From: Thermoplasmata archaeon
GTDB lineage: Archaea > Thermoplasmatota > Thermoplasmata > UBA10834
Length of the DNA stretch: 64,000 bases
Assembly: GCA_041554135.1 (NCBI GenBank)
Contig: JBFFML010000003.1
Span: forward strand, 2,858-66,857
Direction: 5' to 3'
Position numbers and translations under genes: made by a program. Under the pieces are notes generated by a model. The model saw only the letters and a program-made list of their open reading frames with translations, was not told the DNA's origin and made no database searches. This document shows positions 49,816-59,053 of the stretch, piece after piece (within the stretch, counting starts at the first letter, position 1; each line of letters opens with the position of its first letter).

Positions 49816-50457
49816 ATGGAGAAGAAGACGAGGGTGATACTCGCCCTGGATGTCACCTCGCGGGACGAGGCGCTGCGCATCGTTGACGTCTGTGGCGACC
49901 ACATAGACGCGGTTAAGACCAACTGGCCTCTGACATTGGCGGCCGGCCCTGAGATAATCACCGACATATCTCATATGAAGCCGGTCATCTGCGACATGAA
50001 GATCGCCGACATACCGAGCGTCAACAGCCTGATCGTCGAGCAGGCCTTCGCCCGAGGCGCGAGCGCCGTGATATGCCACGGCTTCCCGGGGGAGGACTCC
50101 GTCAGGGCATGCGTCGACACCGCCAAGGGACAGGCGTTCGTCGTGGCCGAGATGAGCCATCCCGGCGGGAAGGAGTTCACTGCCCCAGCGGCGGACAGGA
50201 TCGCGGGGATCGCGAAGGCCGCGGGCGCGAGAGGGATAGTCGCCCCGGCCACGAGGCCGGACAGGGTCGCCGCGCTGAGGAGGATAATCGGCGACCTGGA
50301 GATAATCAGCCCGGGAGTGGGCGCTCAGGGGGGGAAGGCCTCCGACGCCCTGAGAGCGGGGGCCGACTACATCATAGTCGGCCGCTCGATATACAACTCG
50401 CCCGACCCGCGCGAGGCCGCCCGCAGGATGGCCGAAGAGGCTGTTTCGGCCCTCTGA
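49816..50457 (+). CDS. pyrF: orotidine 5'-phosphate decarboxylase
   Basis: MEKKTRVILALDVTSRDEALRIVDVCGDHIDAVKTNWPL...ICDMKIADIP...IISPGVGAQGG...IVGRSIY carries the catalytic D-x-K-x-x-D and the substrate-binding loops. Confidence 0.85.
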   Translation: MEKKTRVILALDVTSRDEALRIVDVCGDHIDAVKTNWPLTLAAGPEIITDISHMKPVICDMKIADIPSVNSLIVEQAFARGASAVICHGFPGEDSVRACVDTAKGQAFVVAEMSHPGGKEFTAPAADRIAGIAKAAGARGIVAPATRPDRVAALRRIIGDLEIISPGVGAQGGKASDALRAGADYIIVGRSIYNSPDPREAARRMAEEAVSAL

Positions 50458-50554
50458 GCCCCTGAGCCGTGCCGGCGCACGCACATCGGGAGTTTAGCGA
50501 CATGCCAGACGTCGTCGTATCGCCCGTCGCGCGGCCGCGTTCCGCCCGATAACG

Positions 50555-50584
50555 TATATATAGCCCTCCCGGTATCGGAGGGCT
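50555..50584 (+). promoter_or_regulatory. TATA box (TATATATA) immediately followed by a perfect 8-bp inverted repeat (AGCCCTCC-N7-GGAGGGCT) upstream of aglB
   Basis: It lies about 100 nt upstream of the probable aglB ATG at 50686. The hairpin or operator covers the expected transcription start site. Confidence 0.4.
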
Positions 50585-50595
50585 ACTATCTCTAG

Positions 50596-53500
50596 GTGGA
50601 AGTATCGTTGGCTGAGACAAGGGATGATCCTCCTAGGCCTCTTCTGTCCGGGCTTTTCCGCAGGGGTGGAGGACCTAACGAGTTCATGAAGTGGCTCGGG
50701 GCGAACTGGGCGCCATTGGCCATGCTCATATTCATATTCCTACTCGCGCTGTTCGTGCGCTCGTTCTTCGCCTTCGAGATCAGCGCCGACAACGACTACA
50801 TCGTCTCCGGCGGGTCCGACTCGTACTACTGGCGCAGGATCATCGACTATCATGTTGACACGGGCGATTCCATGTACTGGGACTCGCTGATCAACTTCCC
50901 GATTGGCATCAGGAACCCGAGGCCGCCACTCTACAGCATGTCCGTCGCGGTGCCGGCCGTGGCGGTGTCGGACCTGTTCGAGAGCATGAGCGACGCCGTC
51001 GGGTTCATGTTCGTGTGGTCGACGGCCTTCTGGGGCGCGCTGACCGTCATCCCGGTCTACTTCCTGGGGAAGGAGACGTTCGGCAGACGGGCGGGCCTGG
51101 TAGCGGCCTTCCTGCTGGCGCTTATGCCCAGCCACGTCCAGAGAAGCGTGCTGTCCAACGCGGACCACGACGCGTTCATCCTGTTCTTCATAGTCCTGAC
51201 CTTCTACTTCATGCTGAAGGCCGTGACGGAGCAACGTCATGATAGATGGGTGGGCAGTTGGAAGAGCCGGTCGAGTATCTCGGCTGGGCTCTCAACTTAC
51301 TTCTCCGATAGCAGGACGGCCATCCTGTACGCCCTCATGGCAGGGATGTCCTTCGGCTGCGTCATCATGGCCTGGGTCGGCTTCGCCTACGTGGCCGTGC
51401 TCATGCTCGCCTATCTGCTGGTGCAGGTACTGATCAACAAGTTCAAGAACATCGACTCTACGAGCGTAACGATGCTCGTGCTCATCACGATGGGTTTCGG
51501 CTACCTGCTGGCGTTCCCGGTGTACTACGAGCAGTCGCTTATCGCGACCAGGTTCGATGTCCCCGTCTACCTCTTCGCCGGGGCGATACTCGTCGCGGCG
51601 TTGTTCGTCATCACGAGGGACTATCCATGGACGATCACCCTGCCGGCGATCGTCGGTACGCTGGTCGTCGGCGTCCTCGCGATAAGCGCGTTCTACCCCG
51701 CGCTCGGAGAGGCCATAATGACGGGCCAGGGATACTTCGTGCAGAGCAAGCTATACTCCACCATCGCGGAGGCGCGCGCGCCTGAGTTCAGCGAGTTGGC
51801 GATGGCCTTCGGCATGGTCACGTTCTTCGTGTCGCTCATAGGCCTCATCTACGCCGTGACGAGGATACCCAAGCAGACGTCTGCAGGGTCGACATTCATG
51901 ATCGTCTGGCTCGCGGCGGCCATATTCATGGCGATATCCGCTGGCAGGTTCATGTTCAACGCCGCGCCCGCTTTCGCAATCGCGGCCGGCTGGGTCCTCG
52001 TGATCATGGTCGACAAGATAGACTTCGCTGGCGTCGTGAAGTCGATGAAAGGCGCCAGCGGCTCGTTCCTGCAGGTGTTCAGGAAGAGCGTGAAGATACG
52101 CCATGTGACCGCGGCGCTGTTCCTGGCGTTCTTCATCGTGGTGCCGAACGTGTGGTTCAGCGTGGACGCGGGCATACCGGCGGAGACCAAGCGGGAGTAC
52201 GACAAGCAGATATACAACAGCTTCCCCGAGTTCATGAGACCCGCGGGCTACGACACCCACAACGGTTCGAACTGGTATCTCGGCGCCTTCGGTTTCTCGT
52301 TGCCGTTGCCCTCGCAGTACTATCCCGCGGCATGGGACTGGTTCTCGGAGCAGGATTCCGACATCTACCCCGAGACGACACGTCCGGCATACGTCGCCTG
52401 GTGGGACTACGGTTTCGAGGCGGTCGAGGAAGGCGACCATCCGACCGTCGCAGACAACTTCCAGAACGGGTACCAGGTGGCCGGTAACATCATAATGGCC
52501 CAGGGCGAGGACGACGCGATCGCGCTGTTCTCCCTGAGGCTAATGCAGCATGTCTACGTCACCGACGAGGACATGAAGGAGCGCATAGTCGCTTTGTTGG
52601 AGAAGCACGGGGTCGCGAGCGACGACATCGACTACACATTCACGGGCCCCGCGCAGGAGATCATAGACGCCGTGCTCGACGACCCTGAGAAGTACGGACC
52701 CATGGCCAGCGATATGAGCGCGACGAACGCCAGGCTGGTGTACGGTCGGGAGGTGCTATCGAGCATAGGCCTTGAGCCGTTGGTCGCTTTCTACGACGAG
52801 CTCTGCGAGCTCCTCAGCTGGGAGATACGATACTTCAATGTCGACTCCAGGATGTTCCCCTCGTCCGCCACCAACCCGGGGATATTCTACGCCCCGGCCA
52901 AGTTGGCGGACAGGCGTATACTCGGAGGGTCCATCCCGGTGGACTTCTTCGAGATCAAAGCGGTCACCGACCAGGGCCAGACAATCGCCCTCGAGGACGT
53001 GACGAGCAACATGAGGATAGTCGATTACTCGATAGAGTACAAGGACATGTTCTACGACAGCCTGTTCTACAGCGCCATGTGCGGCTTCAGCGGCGACGAC
53101 ATCGGCCTGGAGAAGAAGGGACTCCCGGGAATGAGCGGCACGGTCTCCACGCAGGAACCGATGCCCGGCTGGAACATGACGCATTTCAAGCTGGTCTACA
53201 GGACGAGCTATTACAACCCGTACCCAGCCGACCTCGTGCCGTTCCACCAGGACGCGTGGAGGGCCGTCAGCTACGACGAGGCCCAGGAGCTCGCGAAGGA
53301 GATACGCGCCGGCGACATCGAAGGCGTGATCGACCAGAGTGCGAGGTCGCTGTACATGAGCGGCACGGTCTTCCTGAAGTACTATCACGGAGCCTACCTG
53401 AACGGTACGGTCACGACCGAGGATGGCAAGGTCGTCGCGGGAGCGCGCGTCACCATACAGGACGAGTACGGCATACCGCACGACACGTGTCTGACGGACG

Positions 53501-56500
53501 ACGACGGCGCCTACTCGCTCCTCGCCCCGTTCGGCAACCTGTCGCTCGTCATCTCGTCTGGCGACGCCGCGCTCAACACGAGGCTTGAGGGAAGCACGGT
53601 CATCGCGGAGTTCGATGTCGACGTCACGGACGACCAGTCGATGAGGGTGAGGCAGGACCTCGACCTCGACGGCGTGTACGATTACATCATCACCAAGGAT
53701 TGCACGGTTGGCAGCGGGGAGGTCATGGGGGACGTGTTCTGGGACCTCAACTTCGACGGCGAGTATTCGCTGACAGACGACGACCTCATACCCGAGGGGA
53801 CGGTCTACTTCGAGAACAAGGTGAGCGGGGAGGAGGCATCAGTCGAGTTCTCGGAGGGTTTCTACACCGTCCCACTGCCGCCAGGTCAGTACAGGGTGTA
53901 CGCTAACGTGCTCGGCACGGAACTTACGATGTCGCTCCAGGAGAACGTGACCTCGGGCAAGAAGAGCGAGGTCAACCTGGCCGTGAAGCCGGCCATGCTC
54001 AAGGGCAACGTCACGACTGCCGACGGCGTCCCCGTCGCCGGCATGGAGCTCGCGCTCAGGAACGCCTTCTTCGACACCGAGTTCACGGCCGTGACGAACG
54101 CGACGGGCGCATACATCTTCTCGAAGGTCATAGGCGGCAAGTACACCCTGTCGACCGAGGATCCGGAACTCATCGTCTTCAACGCGTTGATATCGCTCGA
54201 TGTGGAGTCCGTCGAGGAGAGGGATGTCACCGTGTTCGAGAGGCGGAGCGTGAAGTTCAGGGTGTCTCTCGACGGCGTCCCGGTGCCTTACGCGCCCTAC
54301 ACGATCCACAACATGTACTATCCGAACGAGTACATCTCCGGCGTGACGGACAGATATGGGTGGGTCAAGGCCGACCTGTCGAAGGGGTACTGGTCCATAT
54401 ACTCCGTGTACAGCGACGGCGCCGAAGACTACGCCGGGTACGTCGGATTGGACCTCTACTACGAGGATAGCGCGGCGGGCACCATCGCGCTCGAGCCGGC
54501 CTTCACCGTCGAGGGCAGCCCGAGGTTGTCCGGACCGTACGGGCTCATCAGGGACACGTTCGTCGTGTTCGTCGCCGAGGATGGCGCGAGACTGTTCTTC
54601 AGGACCGACAACCTGGGCAACTTCGACACCCGTCTCCCAGAGGGGACCTACGATGTGCTCTGCTGGGCCGTGTCGGGGTCGAGCGTGCTCTCGGAGACGT
54701 TGACGGTCGATGAGGACCTCACAGGCCTTAGGCTGTACGCAGAGGGCAGCGTGATCGTCACCGGAAGCGTCTGGCTCGACGAGGACAGTTCGGGGTCGAG
54801 GGGAGCTTCCGAGCTCGGCGCCTTCGCGTTGCTCGAGGTCACCGACGCCTATGGCAGGACATACGCGACGAGGGCGGACCACGGGGGCGACTACAGGTTC
54901 CTCGTGGTCAAGGGCATGAGGGTCACATTCACAGTCGCCGACCCGGGCTACTCCGGATGGAGCATGAGCGCCCTGTACGGCAACGAGGCGAAGAACGTCA
55001 CGCTGTTCGCGACACCGGACGATGTGGTCGTCTCTGGGTGCGTCATACACGACGGCGCAGGCGTGAGGGGCGTCGAGGTGGCGTTCCTGCCGGACACGAT
55101 AGCCAAGGAGGCGATATACGTGGTGACGGGCACCGGGGGTTACTACACCGCGCATGTGCCTCCGGGCGACTACACCATCCTCGTCGACGATGACGTGGGC
55201 GTCATCGGGGGCGAGGTACTGCAGTTCGAGGCCGAAGAGACCATCGAGCCGACCGGCGAGGTCGTGCTTTACGACATCTATCCCGCGCGCAGGGTCCAGA
55301 TCTCCGGCAACGTGCTCGGAGCGGCGGAGGTGACGGAGGTCAGGATGGACGGCCCGGAGGAGGTCGTCGTCGACATCGACGGGTTCACATACAGCGCATG
55401 CGTCATCCCAGGTACATATCACATATACGCCTCAGGAATGACGGACGACACCGTGCTGGCGGGCGTGCTCAAGGTCTATGTCCAGGCAGGCGCGACACAG
55501 TTCGACGTGTACCTGGACGAGGCACGCGAAGTGTCGGGCGTGGTGTACATCGACTCCGCCCCGGCGACGAGCGCCGTCGCCATCTCCGTGTTCACGGAGG
55601 ACGGCGCCAAGGTCGCGGCTGTGACGTCTGTGACGGGCGCGTTCAGCCTTCACCTCCCGTCCGGCAGCTACGCGTTCACCTACAGCCTCGAGTCCACCAG
55701 CGTCGAGGACGGCCGGACGCTGTACGTGGAGTACGTCTCATCCGAGATGGTCAGCGTCGCCTCGTCGAACGTCACTCTGAGCCCGCACCTGGAAATGCGG
55801 CTCGACAACACGACGCTCACGGGAACGGTCACCGACGCCGACGGTGCGCCTGTCCAGGCGCAGATACAGCTCACCCCCAACACTCGGTATGGGCTCGCGG
55901 CGACTTTCTACACCGACGCCTCGGGTGACTTCGAGGCGTGGATACAGCCGGGAGACTATACCGTGTACGTCAAGCGGTCGCAGGATGCCAGCGTGTCGCT
56001 CGGCTTCGTCGGGATATCGAGGAACGAGGCCAAGGACCACGATGTGCAGGTGTCCGAGGGGAGGTTCCTGTCCGGTAGGATCACGGCCGGCGGATACCCC
56101 GTCGCCGGCTCGTTGACGGTCTCGTCGGGCGACGCCTCGCTGAGTGTCTCGAGCGACGCCGACGGCTACTTCAGGTCGCTGCTGCCGCAGGGCTCCTACG
56201 TCGTCTCGTCGAGCACGCAGAGGACGGAAGGCGGGATGACCATCCGGTACTCGCTCACGACGACCGTGGACCTGGGGTCGTTCGACCGCTATGTCAACCT
56301 CAAGCTCAACAGGGAGAACACTCGGTCTGTGACGGCCAGCTGGAACGCCTCCCTGGCGCTGCCGGCGGGCGTCGGCCAGACCGTCACCTATGTGTTCGTC
56401 GTGGAGAACACGGGCAACGTGGGGGACGACTTCGAATGCCGGTTCATGGGCACCGGGTTCGACGTGACCTTCGTGCCTGAGAGCCAGTTCATAGATTTCG

Positions 56501-57195
56501 GGACGAACGGGAACACCGCCACCTTCGTCGCCCAGGTGACGGTCCTCGAGGACGCTGTCGCTGGCGACACCCCTGTCCCGATCCAGATGCGGTCCGAGAC
56601 GTCGTCGAGCGCACGGGCAGACCTGGAGCTCATCGTCAAGGTGCCGCCCGTGTATTCCACGGAGGTGACGACGGTAGATGAGGAGGGGGCGTCGGTCGTC
56701 GGCGACACGACGAGGACGCTCATACATGTGATTAACACCGGCAACACGCAGGCCGAGTACGATCTGGCCATAACGAACCTCGAGTACCTCGTGAGCCGCG
56801 GTTGGAGCGCGCGGGCGATGCTCACGGGCTCCGGGGAGGAGGTCGGTGTCATGAATATAGAGTACCAGGGTCACAGGGAGATATACATCGAGTTCACGTC
56901 CATCAGGAGTGACCCCGACCCGAAGGCGGAGGCGACGGTCCTCGTGTGGTCCGTCGCGGACCCAGGGCAGACCACGGTCGCCTCGATACCCATCATCCTC
57001 CCGGACATCAGCATCGGCCCCGGAGGCCTGGATGTCGTTCGGGACGACTTGACATACGAGTACGATCCATCCGACCTGTACATCAACATCGGCCTGGTCT
57101 GCGCAATCGGCGCCCTGGTCGCCATGTTCGTGTTGCTCAGGCGGAGGAAGGGCCTCGGCGGCCTCAGGAAGAAGGGCAAGGGTGATAAGCGATGA
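50596..57195 (+). CDS. aglB: oligosaccharyltransferase AglB/STT3 fused to a C-terminal region of about 1300 aa carrying S-layer-like beta-sandwich repeats and a membrane anchor (2199-aa ORF; probable start ATG 50686)
   Basis: The N-terminal 13-TM core has the EL1 acidic motif region and WWDYGFEAVEEGDHP (WWDYG) at about aa 600. From about aa 900 onward there are at least 8 carboxypeptidase-regulatory-like repeats (GTVTTEDGKVVAGARVTIQDEYG..., GNVTTADGVPVAGMELALRN..., GTVTDADGAPVQAQIQL..., GRITAGGYPVAGSLTVSS...). CARDB/DUF11-like units follow (VTYVFVVENTGNVGDDF, IHVINTGNTQAEYDLAI), ending in a TM helix plus RRRKGLGGLRKKGKGDKR. The ORF is continuous. Confidence 0.85.
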   Translation: MEVSLAETRDDPPRPLLSGLFRRGGGPNEFMKWLGANWAPLAMLIFIFLLALFVRSFFAFEISADNDYIVSGGSDSYYWRRIIDYHVDTGDSMYWDSLINFPIGIRNPRPPLYSMSVAVPAVAVSDLFESMSDAVGFMFVWSTAFWGALTVIPVYFLGKETFGRRAGLVAAFLLALMPSHVQRSVLSNADHDAFILFFIVLTFYFMLKAVTEQRHDRWVGSWKSRSSISAGLSTYFSDSRTAILYALMAGMSFGCVIMAWVGFAYVAVLMLAYLLVQVLINKFKNIDSTSVTMLVLITMGFGYLLAFPVYYEQSLIATRFDVPVYLFAGAILVAALFVITRDYPWTITLPAIVGTLVVGVLAISAFYPALGEAIMTGQGYFVQSKLYSTIAEARAPEFSELAMAFGMVTFFVSLIGLIYAVTRIPKQTSAGSTFMIVWLAAAIFMAISAGRFMFNAAPAFAIAAGWVLVIMVDKIDFAGVVKSMKGASGSFLQVFRKSVKIRHVTAALFLAFFIVVPNVWFSVDAGIPAETKREYDKQIYNSFPEFMRPAGYDTHNGSNWYLGAFGFSLPLPSQYYPAAWDWFSEQDSDIYPETTRPAYVAWWDYGFEAVEEGDHPTVADNFQNGYQVAGNIIMAQGEDDAIALFSLRLMQHVYVTDEDMKERIVALLEKHGVASDDIDYTFTGPAQEIIDAVLDDPEKYGPMASDMSATNARLVYGREVLSSIGLEPLVAFYDELCELLSWEIRYFNVDSRMFPSSATNPGIFYAPAKLADRRILGGSIPVDFFEIKAVTDQGQTIALEDVTSNMRIVDYSIEYKDMFYDSLFYSAMCGFSGDDIGLEKKGLPGMSGTVSTQEPMPGWNMTHFKLVYRTSYYNPYPADLVPFHQDAWRAVSYDEAQELAKEIRAGDIEGVIDQSARSLYMSGTVFLKYYHGAYLNGTVTTEDGKVVAGARVTIQDEYGIPHDTCLTDDDGAYSLLAPFGNLSLVISSGDAALNTRLEGSTVIAEFDVDVTDDQSMRVRQDLDLDGVYDYIITKDCTVGSGEVMGDVFWDLNFDGEYSLTDDDLIPEGTVYFENKVSGEEASVEFSEGFYTVPLPPGQYRVYANVLGTELTMSLQENVTSGKKSEVNLAVKPAMLKGNVTTADGVPVAGMELALRNAFFDTEFTAVTNATGAYIFSKVIGGKYTLSTEDPELIVFNALISLDVESVEERDVTVFERRSVKFRVSLDGVPVPYAPYTIHNMYYPNEYISGVTDRYGWVKADLSKGYWSIYSVYSDGAEDYAGYVGLDLYYEDSAAGTIALEPAFTVEGSPRLSGPYGLIRDTFVVFVAEDGARLFFRTDNLGNFDTRLPEGTYDVLCWAVSGSSVLSETLTVDEDLTGLRLYAEGSVIVTGSVWLDEDSSGSRGASELGAFALLEVTDAYGRTYATRADHGGDYRFLVVKGMRVTFTVADPGYSGWSMSALYGNEAKNVTLFATPDDVVVSGCVIHDGAGVRGVEVAFLPDTIAKEAIYVVTGTGGYYTAHVPPGDYTILVDDDVGVIGGEVLQFEAEETIEPTGEVVLYDIYPARRVQISGNVLGAAEVTEVRMDGPEEVVVDIDGFTYSACVIPGTYHIYASGMTDDTVLAGVLKVYVQAGATQFDVYLDEAREVSGVVYIDSAPATSAVAISVFTEDGAKVAAVTSVTGAFSLHLPSGSYAFTYSLESTSVEDGRTLYVEYVSSEMVSVASSNVTLSPHLEMRLDNTTLTGTVTDADGAPVQAQIQLTPNTRYGLAATFYTDASGDFEAWIQPGDYTVYVKRSQDASVSLGFVGISRNEAKDHDVQVSEGRFLSGRITAGGYPVAGSLTVSSGDASLSVSSDADGYFRSLLPQGSYVVSSSTQRTEGGMTIRYSLTTTVDLGSFDRYVNLKLNRENTRSVTASWNASLALPAGVGQTVTYVFVVENTGNVGDDFECRFMGTGFDVTFVPESQFIDFGTNGNTATFVAQVTVLEDAVAGDTPVPIQMRSETSSSARADLELIVKVPPVYSTEVTTVDEEGASVVGDTTRTLIHVINTGNTQAEYDLAITNLEYLVSRGWSARAMLTGSGEEVGVMNIEYQGHREIYIEFTSIRSDPDPKAEATVLVWSVADPGQTTVASIPIILPDISIGPGGLDVVRDDLTYEYDPSDLYINIGLVCAIGALVAMFVLLRRRKGLGGLRKKGKGDKR

Positions 57196-58004
57196 CCGGA
57201 CGCAATGCGTGGTCGCGTTCGAGGCGCCGGTTGGCCGCGCTGATCGCGCTCGCGGCGCTCGCAGTGCCGTTGTTCGCCGTCCTGCCAGTCACGCAGGACG
57301 CGCAGGCCTACAGCGACATAGGGATCGACCTGGACTGCCCCACCTTCGCCGGCACGCTCGAGAAGGTCGAGTGCAGGCTCACGGTCACCGGGGGGCCCGC
57401 GGGGGACGTCGGGGGCAACTTCAGCTACAAGATCGAGATAATCGCCGACAACAAGACCGGCTCCAGCGTCACACCGCCCAGCGGCTCGTCGGCGACGGGC
57501 GTGTTCAACTTGACTGTGACGATGCCCGGTGAGGCGCAGCAGACGATCAAACTGCGCGTCAACGTGACGTCCAAGGCGCTCCCCTCCAGCGATACGCAGG
57601 ACAAGGTCAGGGACTTCGAGATCAAGGTCGTGGAGCCGATCGTGATCACCGCGACGGTGTTCAACACGGGCGCGGTCGAGGCGAAGAACGTGACCGCGAA
57701 GTTCTACGCGGACAGCGTGTTCATCGGAGAGCGGAAATTCGACCTCGCGGCGGGCGCGAGCATCACGCTCACGCACAACTGGACGTGGCTGAACGTCGAT
57801 ACGGGGAAGCACACGGTGACGGTCGTCGTCGACGACAAGGACGGGATCGTGGAGTTCAGCAACGGCAACAACGCGTACACGATGACCATCTACGTGGGGG
57901 AGGAGAGCAACCCGTTAGGGGGCGTCCTCACGATAGGCGTCATCGTGATGTCCGTGATGGTATTCCTGACGTATCTACAGAAGCCTGCGCCGAGGAAGAA
58001 GTGA
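57192..58004 (+). CDS. secreted cell-surface protein with CARDB-like domains and a C-terminal TM/basic anchor, rich in N-x-S/T sequons
   Basis: A signal peptide (RRRLAALIALAALAVPLFAVLP) is followed by CARDB-like VTATVFNTGAVEAKNVTAKFYADSVFIGERKFDLAAGASITLTHNWT. The C-terminus is LTIGVIVMSVMVFLTYLQKPAPRKK. Its ATG overlaps the aglB TGA (ATGA). Confidence 0.7.
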   Translation: MTGRNAWSRSRRRLAALIALAALAVPLFAVLPVTQDAQAYSDIGIDLDCPTFAGTLEKVECRLTVTGGPAGDVGGNFSYKIEIIADNKTGSSVTPPSGSSATGVFNLTVTMPGEAQQTIKLRVNVTSKALPSSDTQDKVRDFEIKVVEPIVITATVFNTGAVEAKNVTAKFYADSVFIGERKFDLAAGASITLTHNWTWLNVDTGKHTVTVVVDDKDGIVEFSNGNNAYTMTIYVGEESNPLGGVLTIGVIVMSVMVFLTYLQKPAPRKK

Positions 58005-58045
58005 CCCACGGCCGAGGCGACCCTTGCCGCACAGGTCAGGGATAG

Positions 58046-58055
58046 CATAAAATAT
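58046..58055 (+). promoter_or_regulatory. TATA box (CATAAAATAT) for trx
   Basis: It lies about 45 nt upstream of the GTG at 58097. Confidence 0.35.
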
Positions 58056-58096
58056 GGCACAGGCTTTTCCATGCGCTCGTTACTGGAGCGGTTGAC

Positions 58097-58423
58097 GTGT
58101 CTGAGAACATCCACGATCTGACAGATGCGAACTTCGACGAGAAGGTCAAGGGTTCGCCAAGGCTAGTGGTTGACTGTTGGGCCCCTTGGTGCGGACCTTG
58201 CAGGATGATCGCCCCCACGCTCGAGGCGCTCGCCAAGGACTATGACGGGAAGGTCGCGTTCGCCAAGCTCAACACGGACGAGGCGGCCAAGACTGCCATG
58301 TCGCTCGGGATACACAGCATCCCGACGCTGATATTCTTCAAGGACGGCGAACAGGTCGAGCGACTGACGGGCGCCCATCCGAGGGCCAACATCGAGGCGG
58401 TGCTGAAGAAGCACTTCGGCTGA
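58097..58423 (+). CDS. trxA: thioredoxin
   Basis: A GTG start is followed by the WCGPC active site (VVDCWAPWCGPCRMIAP). It is 108 aa long. Confidence 0.9.
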   Translation: MSENIHDLTDANFDEKVKGSPRLVVDCWAPWCGPCRMIAPTLEALAKDYDGKVAFAKLNTDEAAKTAMSLGIHSIPTLIFFKDGEQVERLTGAHPRANIEAVLKKHFG

Positions 58424-58426
58424 GGC

Positions 58427-59053
58427 TCACTGGCCGTGGGACCTGGCGGCCAGGTCGTCGAGCTTGTCGTGCAGCCTCTTCGCGTTGGTCGCGACGGCGA
58501 CGTCGCCCCTGGTCTTCTCGAGCAGGCTCCTCGCGACGTCCTGCTTGTGCTTGACGGCAGCTATCGCGTCGGGATAGTCGAACCTCATGAGCGCGTGGTA
58601 TATGTCCTCCATGACGTCGAGGTGATGGTTTGCGCGCTCCGTGTTCCCCTTCCGCAGCTCCTCCAGCGCGAACCTCCTGAGCTCCCCGACGGTGTCCCCG
58701 AGGGCTAGGAGGTAGGGTATGCTCCCGATGCCGAGGTCCTCCGGCAACGGCACGTCGTCCTTCGACAGCAGCGACATCACCATGCCCACTTCGCCGTATT
58801 CCTGGAACGCGCTCTCGACATAGCCCGTCCGTGCGAGGTCGGGGTGGTCCAGGAGCAGGTTGGTGAGCCTCGAGGCCTCGTCCTTCAGCTCAGCGAGCTT
58901 GGGGCCGATGTCGACGCCCCGGTGTAGGTCCTTCAACGCAGAGCCCGACAGCCTCACGACGGCCCTGGAGGACTTGAGCGCGATCTCCCTTATCTGGTCC
59001 TTCTCGTCGAGTTCGAGCTCTATCTTGGCGACCGCCTCTTCCAGGTTCTTCAT
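58427..59053 (-). CDS. translin-family-like helical protein (tentative)
   Basis: The 208-aa protein looks all-helical and has periodic charged/hydrophobic heptads (IREIALKSSRAVVRLSGSALKDLHRG...). The resemblance to archaeal translin homologs rests on memory only. Confidence 0.35.
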   Translation of the reverse strand: MKNLEEAVAKIELELDEKDQIREIALKSSRAVVRLSGSALKDLHRGVDIGPKLAELKDEASRLTNLLLDHPDLARTGYVESAFQEYGEVGMVMSLLSKDDVPLPEDLGIGSIPYLLALGDTVGELRRFALEELRKGNTERANHHLDVMEDIYHALMRFDYPDAIAAVKHKQDVARSLLEKTRGDVAVATNAKRLHDKLDDLAARSHGQ

